Below, piece by piece: positions 19,221 to 29,438 of a DNA stretch of 64,000 nt (position 1 is the first letter of the stretch; the number at the start of each line of letters is the position of its first letter). This stretch comes from an uncultured Chromatiales bacterium (GTDB lineage Bacteria > Pseudomonadota > Gammaproteobacteria > SZUA-140): the NCBI GenBank assembly GCA_964437335.1, contig CAYTGL010000001.1, positions 2,946 to 66,945 of the forward strand. The letters run 5' to 3'. A program made the position numbers and the translations under genes. A model generated the notes under the pieces. It was not told the origin of the DNA. It ran no database searches and worked only from the letters and a program-made list of their open reading frames with translations.

Positions 19221-19945
19221 AGCTGCTCGCGATCGAGACCTCGACAATCGCCTGCTCGGCGGCGCTGCTGATCGGTGACCGGATAAGCGAACGTTTTGAG
19301 CTCGCGCCGCAACGTCATGCCGACCTGCTGTTGCCGATGATCGGCGAATTGCTCGCCGAGAGTGGCCTGACACCGGCACAGCTCGACGGACTGGCCTTCG
19401 GGCGCGGGCCGGGCGCGTTCACCGGGGTGCGCATCGCGGCCGGTGTCGCGCAGGGAATCGCCTGCGCCGCGGATATCCCGGTTGCGCCGGTGTCGACGCT
19501 CGCCGCGCTCGCGCAGGGCGCTATCGACGCGTCCCCGCGCGTGCTGGCGGTCATGGACGCGCGCATGAGCGAGATTTACTGGGGTGCCTTCACAGCGAAC
19601 CCCGCTGGGATCATGCAGCCGTGTGGCAAAGAGCGGATCTGCGCACCGGACGAGGCGCCGCTGCCCGACGGCCCGGGCTGGTTCGGCGCCGGTGATGGCT
19701 GGGGCGCCTGTGGCGAACCCTTGCGTCGCAGGCTTGGCGCTGCACTCGCGGGCAGTGATGCAACGCGTTATCCGCGTGCGCGCGATGTCGCGCTGCTCGG
19801 ACGGGAGATCGCGCGGCGCGGCGCGATGCTGTCGGCCGAACAGGCGATTCCGGTCTATCTCAGGGAGCGCGTCGCGCTGACACGCGCCGCGCGTCAGGCC
19901 GCGCGCGACGGAAAGCCTGGGGAATTAAAGGAGAAAGGATCATGA
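19217..19945 (+). CDS. tsaB: tRNA threonylcarbamoyladenosine biosynthesis protein TsaB (YeaZ)
   Basis: MKLLAIETSTIACSAALL... Kae1/YeaZ fold with GRGPGAFTGVRIA motif. TTG start overlapping the helicase stop. Confidence 0.85.
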   Translation: MKLLAIETSTIACSAALLIGDRISERFELAPQRHADLLLPMIGELLAESGLTPAQLDGLAFGRGPGAFTGVRIAAGVAQGIACAADIPVAPVSTLAALAQGAIDASPRVLAVMDARMSEIYWGAFTANPAGIMQPCGKERICAPDEAPLPDGPGWFGAGDGWGACGEPLRRRLGAALAGSDATRYPRARDVALLGREIARRGAMLSAEQAIPVYLRERVALTRAARQAARDGKPGELKEKGS

Positions 19946-20286
19946 CCGATTGTCTGTTCTGCAAAATGGCCCGGGGCGAAATCAAGCCGGATATTGTCCT
20001 TGAAGATGATGAGTTGCTTGCGTTTCGCGACATTCATCCGCAGGCGCCGGTGCATGCGCTGGTCGTGCCGAAACGCCATATCGCGACGCTCGACGATCTT
20101 GTGCCGGAGGATGCCGGCCTGATCGGGCGGATGGCGCTCGCGGCGCAGAGGATCGCGCGGGAACAGGGCTTTAATCAGCACGGTTACCGCACCGTCATGA
20201 ATTGCAACAGCGACGGGGGGCAGACGGTTTATCACATCCATCTGCATCTGCTCGCCGGCCGCCGTATGCAATGGCCGCCGGGCTGA
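19942..20286 (+). CDS. HIT-family (histidine triad) nucleotide hydrolase
   Basis: 114 aa. HxHxHxx motif (HIHLHLL); CLFCKM N-terminus. Confidence 0.9.
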   Translation: MTDCLFCKMARGEIKPDIVLEDDELLAFRDIHPQAPVHALVVPKRHIATLDDLVPEDAGLIGRMALAAQRIAREQGFNQHGYRTVMNCNSDGGQTVYHIHLHLLAGRRMQWPPG

Positions 20287-20355
20287 GTTCGTGAAGCTGC
20301 TGCCGGGCCGGATTGCGGAGCGACGCGTCCGCAATCCGGCGCGGGTATACCCATT

Positions 20356-21417
20356 TTACTGCTTGTAGGTTGCCTCGACCGTATCCCTGACGGCGCTGCT
20401 GCCGGCAGTCGGCGGCAGGACCGGTAGCGACTGCTCGGGGAATTCACCGGTCAGGCTCTCCAGAAAGGCGACAATATCTGCGACCTGGGCATCCGACAGG
20501 ATATGGTTGAGCTGGGTCCTCGCCATCACACGCACGGCCTCATCCAGCGTCCACACGGAACCGTTGTGGAAGTAGGGCGCCGTCAGCGCGACATTACGCC
20601 AGGTCTGGACCTTGAACATGTGCTTGTCCGATTCCTCGCCAGTGACACCGAAGCGGCCTTTGTCGGCCATCAGGTCATACTTCTCGACATACTCATTGTC
20701 GGTGAAGGTCGGAAACTTCTGGAAGAAGCCCTGGCCCAAAGGCAGAGACGGACCAGCAAAGATCACGCCCTGGTGGCAGGCGACACAGCCGACTTCCTCG
20801 ACCAGCATCATACCGCGCCTGGCCTGTTCCGACATCGCGTTATCATCGCCCTTGATGAAGCGGTCGAACGGGCTGTTCGGCGTGATCAGCGTGCGTTCGT
20901 AGGTGGCGATGGCGTTCGCGATATTCTCGAAGCTGACGACACCGAACACTTCCTCGAACTGCTTCCTGTACCCCGGGATCGACTTGATGCGCTCGACGAC
21001 CTGCGCCTCGGACTGCATGCCCATCTCGATTGGATTCAGGATCTGCCCCTTGATCTGCGCCTCGAGCGACGGCGCGCGACCATCCCAGAACTGCGCGCTC
21101 ATGAACGCGGAGTTCCACACCGTCGGAGCCTTGCGCTCGCCGACCTGGCCATCGACGCCGATCGAGGACGGGCGGCCATCACCGCCGCCGGCCATGACGT
21201 TGTGACAACTGTTACAGGAAATGGCGCCGTTCGATGACAGACGCGGATCGAAAAACAGTTGCTTACCGAGTTCGATCTTGTCCGGAGTCATCGGATTGTC
21301 CGCCGCCACCGGGGGTTTCTCCGGAAGAGCCTGCAAGACCTGCGCGGACGCCTGGGTGCTGACGGCGAGGATCGCTGCCGAAACGCAGGCGAGGGCAAGG
21401 GCGCACAGCCTGATCAT
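20356..21417 (-). CDS. di-haem cytochrome c peroxidase (CcpA/MauG family)
   Basis: 353 aa. Signal peptide. Two CxxCH motifs (CNSCH, CVACH). Conserved PTVWNSA / FWDGRA / PYFHNGSV blocks. Confidence 0.9.
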   Translation of the reverse strand: MIRLCALALACVSAAILAVSTQASAQVLQALPEKPPVAADNPMTPDKIELGKQLFFDPRLSSNGAISCNSCHNVMAGGGDGRPSSIGVDGQVGERKAPTVWNSAFMSAQFWDGRAPSLEAQIKGQILNPIEMGMQSEAQVVERIKSIPGYRKQFEEVFGVVSFENIANAIATYERTLITPNSPFDRFIKGDDNAMSEQARRGMMLVEEVGCVACHQGVIFAGPSLPLGQGFFQKFPTFTDNEYVEKYDLMADKGRFGVTGEESDKHMFKVQTWRNVALTAPYFHNGSVWTLDEAVRVMARTQLNHILSDAQVADIVAFLESLTGEFPEQSLPVLPPTAGSSAVRDTVEATYKQ

Positions 21418-21667
21418 GATGGTAATGTCCCCCTGTTGTGTTGAACCATGCCTGGACCGGCATTCATTCTAGTTCATCGTTTAGATATAGCTTTATATTC
21501 TACAAGCTCATGTATTACTGTTACTTTATATCTACATCTTCGGTTATCATGGGATCGGCTCCATGTTCGCGCCGGCATCAGCGGCTGCAGGGCGTACGCG
21601 CAGGTTTCACTACGCACCGACCTGTGTTAGAAAGATCTATTTCCGCCCGACCGCAAGGAGACCCATC

Positions 21668-22135
21668 ATGCAGATTCGCGAAAATTGCGTTGTATCAATC
21701 CATTATATCCTGACCAACGGATCCGGCGAGCAACTCGATTCTTCGGTGGGACAGGATCCGTTCGTTTATCTGCATGGCTCGCGGGGCATCATCCCGGGGC
21801 TTGAGAAGGCCCTCGAAGGCAAGTCTCCGGGGGACGAATTCAAGGTTACGATCCCGCCCAAGGAGGCCTATGGCGAGGTCAACGACGGGCTGATACAGAC
21901 GATTCCGCGCGAGGCCTTCGCCGGCATCGACGACCTCGAGGTCGGTATGCAGTTCCAGACCCGGGATCCGAATGGTGAGACGTTGAACATTACAGTGAGG
22001 GAGATAGGCGATGATAGCGTCATGATCGACGCAAATCACCCGCTCGCCGGGCAGGCGCTGCATTTCGACGTCAGCATCACCGAGGTCCGCGAGGCAACCG
22101 CCGAGGAGCTCGACCACGGCCATGTGCACCCCTGA
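21668..22135 (+). CDS. slyD: FKBP-type peptidyl-prolyl isomerase SlyD
   Basis: MQIRENCVVSIHYILTNGSGEQLDSS... FKBP/IF-chaperone domains. His-rich C-terminal end (DHGHVHP). AGGAGA RBS. The longer ORF from 21563 is rejected. Confidence 0.9.
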   Translation: MQIRENCVVSIHYILTNGSGEQLDSSVGQDPFVYLHGSRGIIPGLEKALEGKSPGDEFKVTIPPKEAYGEVNDGLIQTIPREAFAGIDDLEVGMQFQTRDPNGETLNITVREIGDDSVMIDANHPLAGQALHFDVSITEVREATAEELDHGHVHP

Positions 22136-22313
22136 CCCTCCCGCCTGACACAATCTTACAAATCATTGCCGGGTATTGCAGAACATCCCGGGGTCCCCCG
22201 TGTCCTATCAGTTATAATTCTATGAGGCCCGGGCGCGACGAAATGCGCGAACGGGCGAGTTGAACAGGCCGGTCAGCAGTCCAAGGACTGCGGCCGCCGC
22301 AGGGGTAGCGACC

Positions 22314-23609
22314 ATGAAAACACTCGCCGCGCTGATCGTGTTCCCGCTGCTTGCGCTGCTGGCTTCGCCGCAGATCGTGGAGGCGCAGGACCAGGCCTCC
22401 GCAATTTCCGACGGCGAGATCCGGCAATTGCTCGCGCCGATCGCGCTCTATCCCGATGTCTTGTTGTCCCAAATCCTGATTGCGGCAACCTATCCGCTCG
22501 AGGTCGTCGAGGCCGCGCGCTGGTCACTCAATAATCCCGGTCTCGAGGGCCAGGCGGCGGTCGACGCCGTCGCATCGATGGACTGGGACCCGAGCATCAA
22601 GGCACTGGTCGCATTCCCGGATCTGCTCGCGCGGATGAGCGAGGAACTGGACTGGACGCGACGTCTTGGCGATGCATTCCTGCTGCAGGAAGAAGCGGTC
22701 TATGCCGCAATTCAGGACCTGCGTGAACGCGCCGAGGCCGCCGGCTCGCTCGACCGCCTTGATCACGCACGCGCCTATCGTGACGGTGATGTAATCGTCA
22801 TCGAGCCGGCTGACAGCCAGATCGTCTATGTGCCTTATTACAGTCCGCGCATCGTCTATGGCGGATGGTGGTGGTCAGGTTATCCGCCGTACTACTGGTA
22901 TCCGCCGACGGGTTATTACCCGGCGGCCGGATTCTACTGGGGCACCGGCATCGCGCTGTATCCCGGCTACTTCATCAGCAGCTTCGACTGGCGTTATAAC
23001 CATATCGCAATCAAGCCGCATCACCACCACCGTTACGGTTACTCCGGTAACCACAAATGGCGCCATGATCCGAAGCATCGCCGTGGCGTGGCATATCGCG
23101 AGCCTGCATTGAATCGTCAATTCGGACGCACGGCGTCGAGCGGCAAGCAGATACAGGCGCCGAGGGCGCAAGAAAGTGCGCCGCGCTCGCGCTCGGCACT
23201 AAGCCGTCATTCGGACGCCTATTACAACAGTGGCAGCGACCGGCGGACCGGAAGCACGGCGCCGCAGCGTCTGCGTCGCGAAAGCACAACCGCGGCTGAG
23301 GTTCCCGACGGCAACCGCTCTTCAGCGCTGCGCCGTTCCACCGACGATCGCGCGCAACGCAGCGCGCAGGATACCGGTGCATCGGCTGATCGCGAATCGG
23401 GTGAGAGAAATACGTCCGGCATGAGGTCTGATGACCGCAGCACCGGGCCGTCCACCCGCCTTCATGGCTCTGCCATGAGCGAGCAGCGTTCATCGTTCGG
23501 CAGTCGCAGCCCAAGTCAGTTGCGTGACATCAGCCCCGGGACGTCGCGGCCGGCTGCAAGCGGCGACGGCGGCAGTCGTGGATCGGCGCTCGGGGGGGGG
23601 AGGCGATAA
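22314..23609 (+). CDS. DUF3300-domain secreted protein with long disordered R/S-rich C-terminus
   Basis: Signal peptide MKTLAALIVFPLLALLASP. DUF3300 signature LAPIALYPDVLLSQILIAATYPLEVVEAARW. Tail rich in R/S/T/D. Confidence 0.8.
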   Translation: MKTLAALIVFPLLALLASPQIVEAQDQASAISDGEIRQLLAPIALYPDVLLSQILIAATYPLEVVEAARWSLNNPGLEGQAAVDAVASMDWDPSIKALVAFPDLLARMSEELDWTRRLGDAFLLQEEAVYAAIQDLRERAEAAGSLDRLDHARAYRDGDVIVIEPADSQIVYVPYYSPRIVYGGWWWSGYPPYYWYPPTGYYPAAGFYWGTGIALYPGYFISSFDWRYNHIAIKPHHHHRYGYSGNHKWRHDPKHRRGVAYREPALNRQFGRTASSGKQIQAPRAQESAPRSRSALSRHSDAYYNSGSDRRTGSTAPQRLRRESTTAAEVPDGNRSSALRRSTDDRAQRSAQDTGASADRESGERNTSGMRSDDRSTGPSTRLHGSAMSEQRSSFGSRSPSQLRDISPGTSRPAASGDGGSRGSALGGGRR

Positions 23610-23623
23610 CATTAGTTTCAGCG

Positions 23624-24418
23624 ATGCCGCGGCGCCCGATCCTGTCTCCACTGCGATGGTTGGCCATACTGCTGTGTCTGATCATCCCTGCGTTGATTCC
23701 TGCCGACGCCAACGCGCAGCCGGCACCGGTTCAGGGTTACGAGATCGTGCGCGTCTATCCGCATGCGCGTGACGCCTTCACCCAGGGACTGGTGTATCTC
23801 GACGGCCACCTCTATGAAAGCACCGGCCTGAACGGCGCATCTTCGCTGCGCAAGGTCGAGCTGCGCACTGGCCGGGTGCTCAGGCGCCATGACCTCGATG
23901 CGAAATATTTTGGCGAGGGTCTCGTCGACTGGGGGCCGAACCTGATCCAGTTGACGCTGAGATCGGGCACCGGTTTCGTCTACGATCGCGAGACTTTCCG
24001 CCTGCGCCAGACCTTTCAATATCGCGGCGAGGGCTGGGGGCTGACGCACGACGGCCGGCGACTGATCATGAGCGACGGCAGCGCGATGCTGCGTTTTCTC
24101 GATCCGCTGACCTTTAACGGGAGTTATGAACTGCGGGTCCATGACGGTGGACGGCCGGTGTCGAATCTCAACGAACTCGAATACGTCAATGGCGAGATCT
24201 ACGCGAATATCTGGCTGACCGATCGCATCGCGCGCATTTCGCCGGAGACGGGGCAGGTACTCGGCTGGATCGATCTCGAAGGGCTGCTCTCGATAGCGGA
24301 CCGGATGCTGCCGGTCGGCGAACTGAACGGCATCGCGTATGATGCCGTGCAGGACCGCCTGTTCGTCACCGGCAAGCGCTGGCCGAAGCTGTTCGAGATC
24401 CGTGTGCTGCCGCCTTAA
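23624..24418 (+). CDS. glutaminyl-peptide cyclotransferase (beta-propeller type)
   Basis: Signal peptide. YPHARDAFTQGL, LNELEYVNGEIYANIW, GKRWPKLFEI blocks typical of plant/bacterial-type glutamine cyclotransferase. Confidence 0.85.
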   Translation: MPRRPILSPLRWLAILLCLIIPALIPADANAQPAPVQGYEIVRVYPHARDAFTQGLVYLDGHLYESTGLNGASSLRKVELRTGRVLRRHDLDAKYFGEGLVDWGPNLIQLTLRSGTGFVYDRETFRLRQTFQYRGEGWGLTHDGRRLIMSDGSAMLRFLDPLTFNGSYELRVHDGGRPVSNLNELEYVNGEIYANIWLTDRIARISPETGQVLGWIDLEGLLSIADRMLPVGELNGIAYDAVQDRLFVTGKRWPKLFEIRVLPP

Positions 24419-25608
24419 CCATCTTCCCGCAGGCGGTTCAGCCAATAGCGTGCGTGATCCTGGTATCGCGGTTCGCGGCCCGCGGCCTCGAACGCCGCCC
24501 GCGCGGTGTTCTTCTGGCCGGCATGGTACGCGGAAATACCGAGCAGCAGGCGGGCCTCGGGCTCCACACCCTTGTCGAGTTCGCCTTTATCGAGCGCCCG
24601 TTCGAGATGCCTGACAGCCAGATCCCAGGTCTGGTCTTCATAATGGAGCTTGCCGATCAGCAGATCGATATCGCCGTCGCTGCTGCTGTCGGCGGCCTTC
24701 GCGAGATGAGATTTGGCCTTGTCGCGCTCGCGGGCGAGCAGCCACAGCCGGCCGATCAGGACCTGGCGCTCGGCGTCCGCTTCGAGCGTGCCGGTTTCGA
24801 GCCATTGCTCGAGCATCCGCGCGGCCTTTTCCGGGATGCCGAGATTGGCATGGAATCCGGAAATGCGCTCGAGCTCGGATCCCTCGACAAGGTCAAGCCG
24901 GTACGCGAGCATCAGCGTAGCGAGTGCCTCGTGCTGCTTCTCCTGCATGAACAGCACATAGCTCAGAAACTGCCAGTAGGTGCCCTTGTCTGGAAAGCGG
25001 GCGACGGTTTCCCGCAGGATCGCCTCGGCCTTGTCCCAAGCCTCCTGCTCGCGGTAGATCGCGAGCAGGATCTGGTACCAGTTCTCCTTCGGCTCCTCGC
25101 TCGAGTTGATCGCTTGCCGAATGTGCCGTTCCGCGACCTCGTACTGTTTCAGTTCATAGTAGACATAGGCGGCGACGGCGAGAAAGTCGGGATCGGGGTC
25201 CGGCCTGTTTTCGATGACCTTGTTGACATGATTGCGGGCGCATTCATATTCCTGAAGAGTCAGGCAGACCTGGGTCAACGCCATCGTTACGCCGTTGGCA
25301 ATCTGCTCCGGCAGTGTGTTGAATGATAACGCGGCCTCGAAGGCTTCGCGGGCCTTTGCCGAGTCGTCGGCCTCGAGATGGGCGAAGCCGAGCATCTGCT
25401 GAATCACGGCCTTTTCATAGGCATTGAGATTCCCGCGCCGCGCAAGCGTACCGAGTTTCGAAATTGCCTCCCGGCTGTTACCGGCGCCCAGCAATTCGTT
25501 CGCGGCCCGGACTTCCCGGTGAAGCTCGGCCGACATCCCCATCTGCGCCGCCGCCGGCAGCGGCAGCAGGATGACCGCGAGCAGAACAAGTCGATGCAGC
25601 ATGCGCAC
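24415..25608 (-). CDS. secreted TPR-repeat protein (TtpD-like component of TonB2-type system)
   Basis: 397 aa, signal peptide, multiple TPR repeats. Last gene downstream of tonB, as Vibrio ttpD. Confidence 0.75.
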   Translation of the reverse strand: MRMLHRLVLLAVILLPLPAAAQMGMSAELHREVRAANELLGAGNSREAISKLGTLARRGNLNAYEKAVIQQMLGFAHLEADDSAKAREAFEAALSFNTLPEQIANGVTMALTQVCLTLQEYECARNHVNKVIENRPDPDPDFLAVAAYVYYELKQYEVAERHIRQAINSSEEPKENWYQILLAIYREQEAWDKAEAILRETVARFPDKGTYWQFLSYVLFMQEKQHEALATLMLAYRLDLVEGSELERISGFHANLGIPEKAARMLEQWLETGTLEADAERQVLIGRLWLLARERDKAKSHLAKAADSSSDGDIDLLIGKLHYEDQTWDLAVRHLERALDKGELDKGVEPEARLLLGISAYHAGQKNTARAAFEAAGREPRYQDHARYWLNRLREDG

Positions 25609-25620
25609 GGCGTTCTCCCT

Positions 25621-26253
25621 TCAGCCGCTCAGATCGAATTCGATGCGCTGGCGCGCGAGGACTTCGATCGGATGGCCGTCCTGCCGTTTCGGCTCGAAGC
25701 GCCAGTACATGATGCTGTTGATCGCGGCACGGTCGAACACGCCCGGTGGGCTGGCATTGATGATCCTGACGTCCCGGACCCTGCCCTCGGAATCGACGGT
25801 GAATTCGACGTCGACGAAGCCCTCGATGCGCCGCATGCGGGCGTGGGCGGGGTATTCCGGCGGGATCCTGACCAGTGCGACCAGGTCGCCCGCGTTGATC
25901 CATTGGGGGCCGCTGACGTCGCCGAGAAACGGGCCGCCGAAGCTCGGCGCCGGAGACGGCGCGACCGGCGGCATGCGCATCGGCTCGACCGCCGAGGTCA
26001 GGTCTGTGACGATGCGTTCGATCTCCGGGGGTTTCTGCGTCTCCGGTTTTTCCGGCGGTGGTTTGCGCTCGCGTTGCGGATTGACGAGGTTGTCGTCCTG
26101 GCTGCGCAGGTAGTCGATTCTCAGTACCTCGGTGATGTTGAGCGCGCGCATCGAGTGCTGGCTGATCATGTATTGCATCAGAAAGAACAGGAAGATGTTG
26201 ATCACGATCGCGATCAACAGCGCGGGGCCGAACTTCATCAGGTCCGAGTTCAC
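25621..26253 (-). CDS. tonB: energy transducer TonB
   Basis: N-terminal TM anchor, Pro-rich spacer (KPPPEKPETQKPPE), C-terminal TonB domain. Confidence 0.85.
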   Translation of the reverse strand: MNSDLMKFGPALLIAIVINIFLFFLMQYMISQHSMRALNITEVLRIDYLRSQDDNLVNPQRERKPPPEKPETQKPPEIERIVTDLTSAVEPMRMPPVAPSPAPSFGGPFLGDVSGPQWINAGDLVALVRIPPEYPAHARMRRIEGFVDVEFTVDSEGRVRDVRIINASPPGVFDRAAINSIMYWRFEPKRQDGHPIEVLARQRIEFDLSG

Positions 26254-26666
26254 TGCCCGCTGCTCTCCCTCGTCGCGACCGCGACGTTATTGACGCCGGC
26301 GAGCCGGGCCTGATCGACGACCTGGACGAGCAGGCCGGTGCGCGATTCCTCGTCGGCCAGCACGACGACCGAGCCTTCCGGGTGCTCGGCGTGCAGCCGG
26401 GAGACGTGGCTGCGTACGGTGCGCGGGTCGACGCGCTGGCCGTCGATCCAGACCTCGCCGTCGCGGGTCACGGCGATCAGGATGTTCGCGCGCTCCTGCG
26501 GCATCGCGGTCCGCGCGTCCGGACGATGGACCTCGATGCCGGCCTCTTTGACGAACGACGAGGTCACGACGAAAAAGAGCAGGATCACGAAGATCAGGTC
26601 GATCAGCGGCACCAGGTTGATCGACGGCTCCTCCTGATGCTGGTGGGAATGGGAAAGTCTACTCAT
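26250..26666 (-). CDS. exbD: biopolymer transport protein ExbD/TolR
   Basis: 138 aa. INLVPLIDLIFVILLFFVV signature. Confidence 0.9.
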   Translation of the reverse strand: MSRLSHSHQHQEEPSINLVPLIDLIFVILLFFVVTSSFVKEAGIEVHRPDARTAMPQERANILIAVTRDGEVWIDGQRVDPRTVRSHVSRLHAEHPEGSVVVLADEESRTGLLVQVVDQARLAGVNNVAVATRESSGQ

Positions 26667-27213
26667 TGTCGAAGTCCTCTTCGTCTTCCGAATCCGATGC
26701 CGCCTCCTGCGACAGCTCGGATTCGAGCTTGTGCTGAATGGAGATCACGCGTTCCTGGAGATTGTTGTTGAAATAGATTCCCGACAGCGCGGTGGTCAGG
26801 CCGGCCATCGTCGGCAGCGTCGCCTGCGAGATGCCGGCCGCCATGCCGCGCACGTTGCCGGCGCCGAACAGCGTCAGCGCGTTGAATGTCTTGATCATCC
26901 CGCCGACCGTGCCGAACAGGCCGAGCAGGGGCAGCAGGGCAGTCAGCACGAGAATCGTCGGCAGATGGTGATGCAGTTGCGCATGGAAATCCGACACCAG
27001 GCCCTGGCGGAACCATTCGCGCGCCGCCGGGGCCTGCGGCGCCTCTCTGCGCCACTGCGCCATGATCTCCGTATGCCGCCGCGAGGCGCCGGTGGTGACG
27101 TACCAGTAGCGCTCGAGGATCAGCATCCACATCAGGCAGGATGCGATCAGTATCGGCCACAGGACGTAGCCGCCGCGTTCAAAAAATTCGAGCCAGGATT
27201 CGAGCGCGAACAT
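26659..27213 (-). CDS. exbB: biopolymer transport protein ExbB/TolQ
   Basis: 184 aa. MotA/TolQ/ExbB proton-channel motifs (LLGLFGTVGGMIKTF). Confidence 0.9.
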   Translation of the reverse strand: MFALESWLEFFERGGYVLWPILIASCLMWMLILERYWYVTTGASRRHTEIMAQWRREAPQAPAAREWFRQGLVSDFHAQLHHHLPTILVLTALLPLLGLFGTVGGMIKTFNALTLFGAGNVRGMAAGISQATLPTMAGLTTALSGIYFNNNLQERVISIQHKLESELSQEAASDSEDEEDFDNE

Positions 27214-27222
27214 CGGCCGTTC

Positions 27223-28605
27223 TCAGTGTTCCCCGCCCTTCGCCGCCATCAGCCGCGTACCGTGGTGCTCGAGCACCTGGACGAGGCGGTTGGCCCGGCC
27301 GTTCAGGAAGCTGTGGACCAGCAGCACCGGGATCGCGACGGCAAGGCCGAGCTCGGTTGTAACCAATGCCTGCGAGATGCCGCCGGACATCACGCGCGGG
27401 TCGCTGGAGCCGAACAGCGTGATCGCCTGGAAGGTCTGAATCATGCCGGTGACGGTGCCGAGCAGCCCGAGCAGCGGGGCGATCGCGGCGAAGAGCGCCA
27501 GCGTGCGCAACCCGCGGTGCATGCCCGATGACTCCACGCCGATCGTTTCGTGCAGCCGCGCGGCGAGCGCTTTCGATGAGAGGTGCCTGGTCTGGGCCGA
27601 GGCCAGGTGCAGGCGGCCGAGCGGATTATCGTTGCGCAGCTCTTCCTCGTTCTTCGCCTGGGCGACCATCCGGCCGCGCGTCAACATCAGCGTGACGTAG
27701 CGGGACACGGCGATGACGAGCGCGATGAAGCCGATCAGGATGATCAGATAGCCGATGATCCCACCGGAGTCGATGCGTTCGAAGAAGTCGGGGCTGTGCA
27801 CGATCAGCGACAGGATCGCGCCGCGCGACGGATCGACCGGGAACGGCTGGAACCCGGAGGTCGCCCCTTCGAGCTTGGCCGCGAGGCTGGTGAAGCGCGA
27901 CGGCGGCTGGCGGCTCAGCTCGACCAGCTTTTCGGTCTCCGGCAGGTAGCGCAGGAACCGGCCGTCGCTGACGGCGTTGAAGACACCGACCCGGGTCACG
28001 GTCTTCAGCATTTCCTCACCCTGGGCGGTGATCACCGGCGCCTCGAAGCGGGAGATCTTGCCGTTCTGCACCGTCGCCTCGAGGATCGTCAGCCACAGGC
28101 TTTCCATGTCCTCGATCGACAGTGCGTGCGGCTGCGACGCGATCTCGGACAGGCGTTCCGGCCACTGCTCGAACTGCGCGCTCAGCAGCGTTCCCCGCAG
28201 ACTCGCCTGGGTTTCGAGCGCCGACTGGCGCGCGATGCTGAACACGCCCTGCAACTCGCCGGCGCGTTCCGAAAAGGCCTGCTCGAGTTGGGCGAGCCGG
28301 ACCTCGTTGCGCTCGAACTGGCGGCGCAGCTCGTCGGCGCGGCGTTCCTCGCGCTGTTCCTGAGCCCTGGCCTCCTGCAGCAGCGTCTGCTGGCGGTTCC
28401 TCTCCGCCAGAAAGCGCGTCTCCCGTTCCCGGTGATGGCGCTGCTCGGCGCCGCGGGACTGCTTGACCTCGTCGAGCAGTTGCTCGAGGCTGATGACCCG
28501 TTCTTCCGTCGCGGGCGCTTCGGTCGCGCCACCCGCGGAAAGCGCGGCGCCGGCCGGCAGCGCCAGGGCTGCCAACAGCGGAATGCAAGCGATGATCCTG
28601 TTCAT
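27223..28605 (-). CDS. MotA/TolQ/ExbB-family protein with long N-terminal periplasmic coiled-coil (TtpC-like)
   Basis: Signal peptide MNRIIACIPLLAALALPAGAA; ~250 aa coiled-coil; C-terminal ExbB-type channel (LLGLLGTVTGMIQTF). Start ATG overlaps the upstream gene stop (ATGA). Confidence 0.8.
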   Translation of the reverse strand: MNRIIACIPLLAALALPAGAALSAGGATEAPATEERVISLEQLLDEVKQSRGAEQRHHRERETRFLAERNRQQTLLQEARAQEQREERRADELRRQFERNEVRLAQLEQAFSERAGELQGVFSIARQSALETQASLRGTLLSAQFEQWPERLSEIASQPHALSIEDMESLWLTILEATVQNGKISRFEAPVITAQGEEMLKTVTRVGVFNAVSDGRFLRYLPETEKLVELSRQPPSRFTSLAAKLEGATSGFQPFPVDPSRGAILSLIVHSPDFFERIDSGGIIGYLIILIGFIALVIAVSRYVTLMLTRGRMVAQAKNEEELRNDNPLGRLHLASAQTRHLSSKALAARLHETIGVESSGMHRGLRTLALFAAIAPLLGLLGTVTGMIQTFQAITLFGSSDPRVMSGGISQALVTTELGLAVAIPVLLVHSFLNGRANRLVQVLEHHGTRLMAAKGGEH

Positions 28606-29393
28606 GAGCCTTGCTCCGGAGCGGCGACCGGCAGACGGATCAGGTCGGGCGGCAGCTCCTTGCGCGCCAGGCGGAGTCCCTGCTTGATCATCTGGACGTT
28701 GTTGCCCGGGAGCGTTTCCCATCTGCGCTGCCGGTTGTCCCAGATGCCGGCTTCCCGTTCATCGAGGGTCATGTAATAGAGCGCGGTACGGCCTATCCTC
28801 AGCAGTTCGACGGTTTTGTGGCCGTTGCCGCGGGGCAGCTCCGCGCGGTAGGCCTCGATCGTGTGGCCGTATTCCATCTCGATCTGGTAGGCTTCGAGCA
28901 GGCGGCGGAACTTGTCCGCGAGCGGCGTGCCGGCTTGCTGCATCATCGCGTTCAGGTCCTTGAGTCGGGTCTGGCGTTCGTCGATCAGGAACGGCGCGTC
29001 GCTCTCGACCAGTTGTCCGAGGACGTCGAGCATCTGCTGCATCAGCGGCAGGATCTGGCGCTGGGTCACCTCGATCTCGTTGATCTGGCGCTCGATCGAG
29101 GTGACCTCCCGGGTCTGCGATTCGATCATGCGTTCCATCTGCGCGTTGTAGGTCATCAACTGGTCGACCTGCCTCATCGTCTCGCGATATTGCTCGAGCG
29201 CGATGCGGCTTTCATCGTCGAGCTGCTCGATGCGCTGCTGTGACCGCGCGGCTTCGCGTTGCGCAGCTTCCTGTTCTGCGATCGAAGTATCGAGCGCGGC
29301 CTGGGCGGCAATGGCATGGCTGCTGTATCCGATCAGAGCGCAGAGTGCCACGGCTGTGAATCGCGCGACAGGGTAACGGAATCGATTACTCAT
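28602..29393 (-). CDS. DUF3450-domain periplasmic protein (TtpB-like)
   Basis: Signal peptide MSNRFRYPVARFTAVALCALIG, then coiled-coil DUF3450-like region. First gene of the ttpB-ttpC-exbB-exbD-tonB-TPR operon. Confidence 0.75.
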   Translation of the reverse strand: MSNRFRYPVARFTAVALCALIGYSSHAIAAQAALDTSIAEQEAAQREAARSQQRIEQLDDESRIALEQYRETMRQVDQLMTYNAQMERMIESQTREVTSIERQINEIEVTQRQILPLMQQMLDVLGQLVESDAPFLIDERQTRLKDLNAMMQQAGTPLADKFRRLLEAYQIEMEYGHTIEAYRAELPRGNGHKTVELLRIGRTALYYMTLDEREAGIWDNRQRRWETLPGNNVQMIKQGLRLARKELPPDLIRLPVAAPEQGS

Positions 29394-29438
29394 ATATGGT
29401 CGGTCTCTCATTTGCTGGTCGTAGTGGAATGAAGCTGT

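Noticed and set aside
20503-21237. 244-aa plus-strand ORF inside the cytochrome c peroxidase gene
   Set aside because: Antisense to a gene with two clear CxxCH motifs and conserved blocks.
21563-21667. Upstream extension of the slyD ORF
   Set aside because: The extension lacks an RBS and homology. The canonical MQIRENCVV start with AGGAGA RBS is at 21668.
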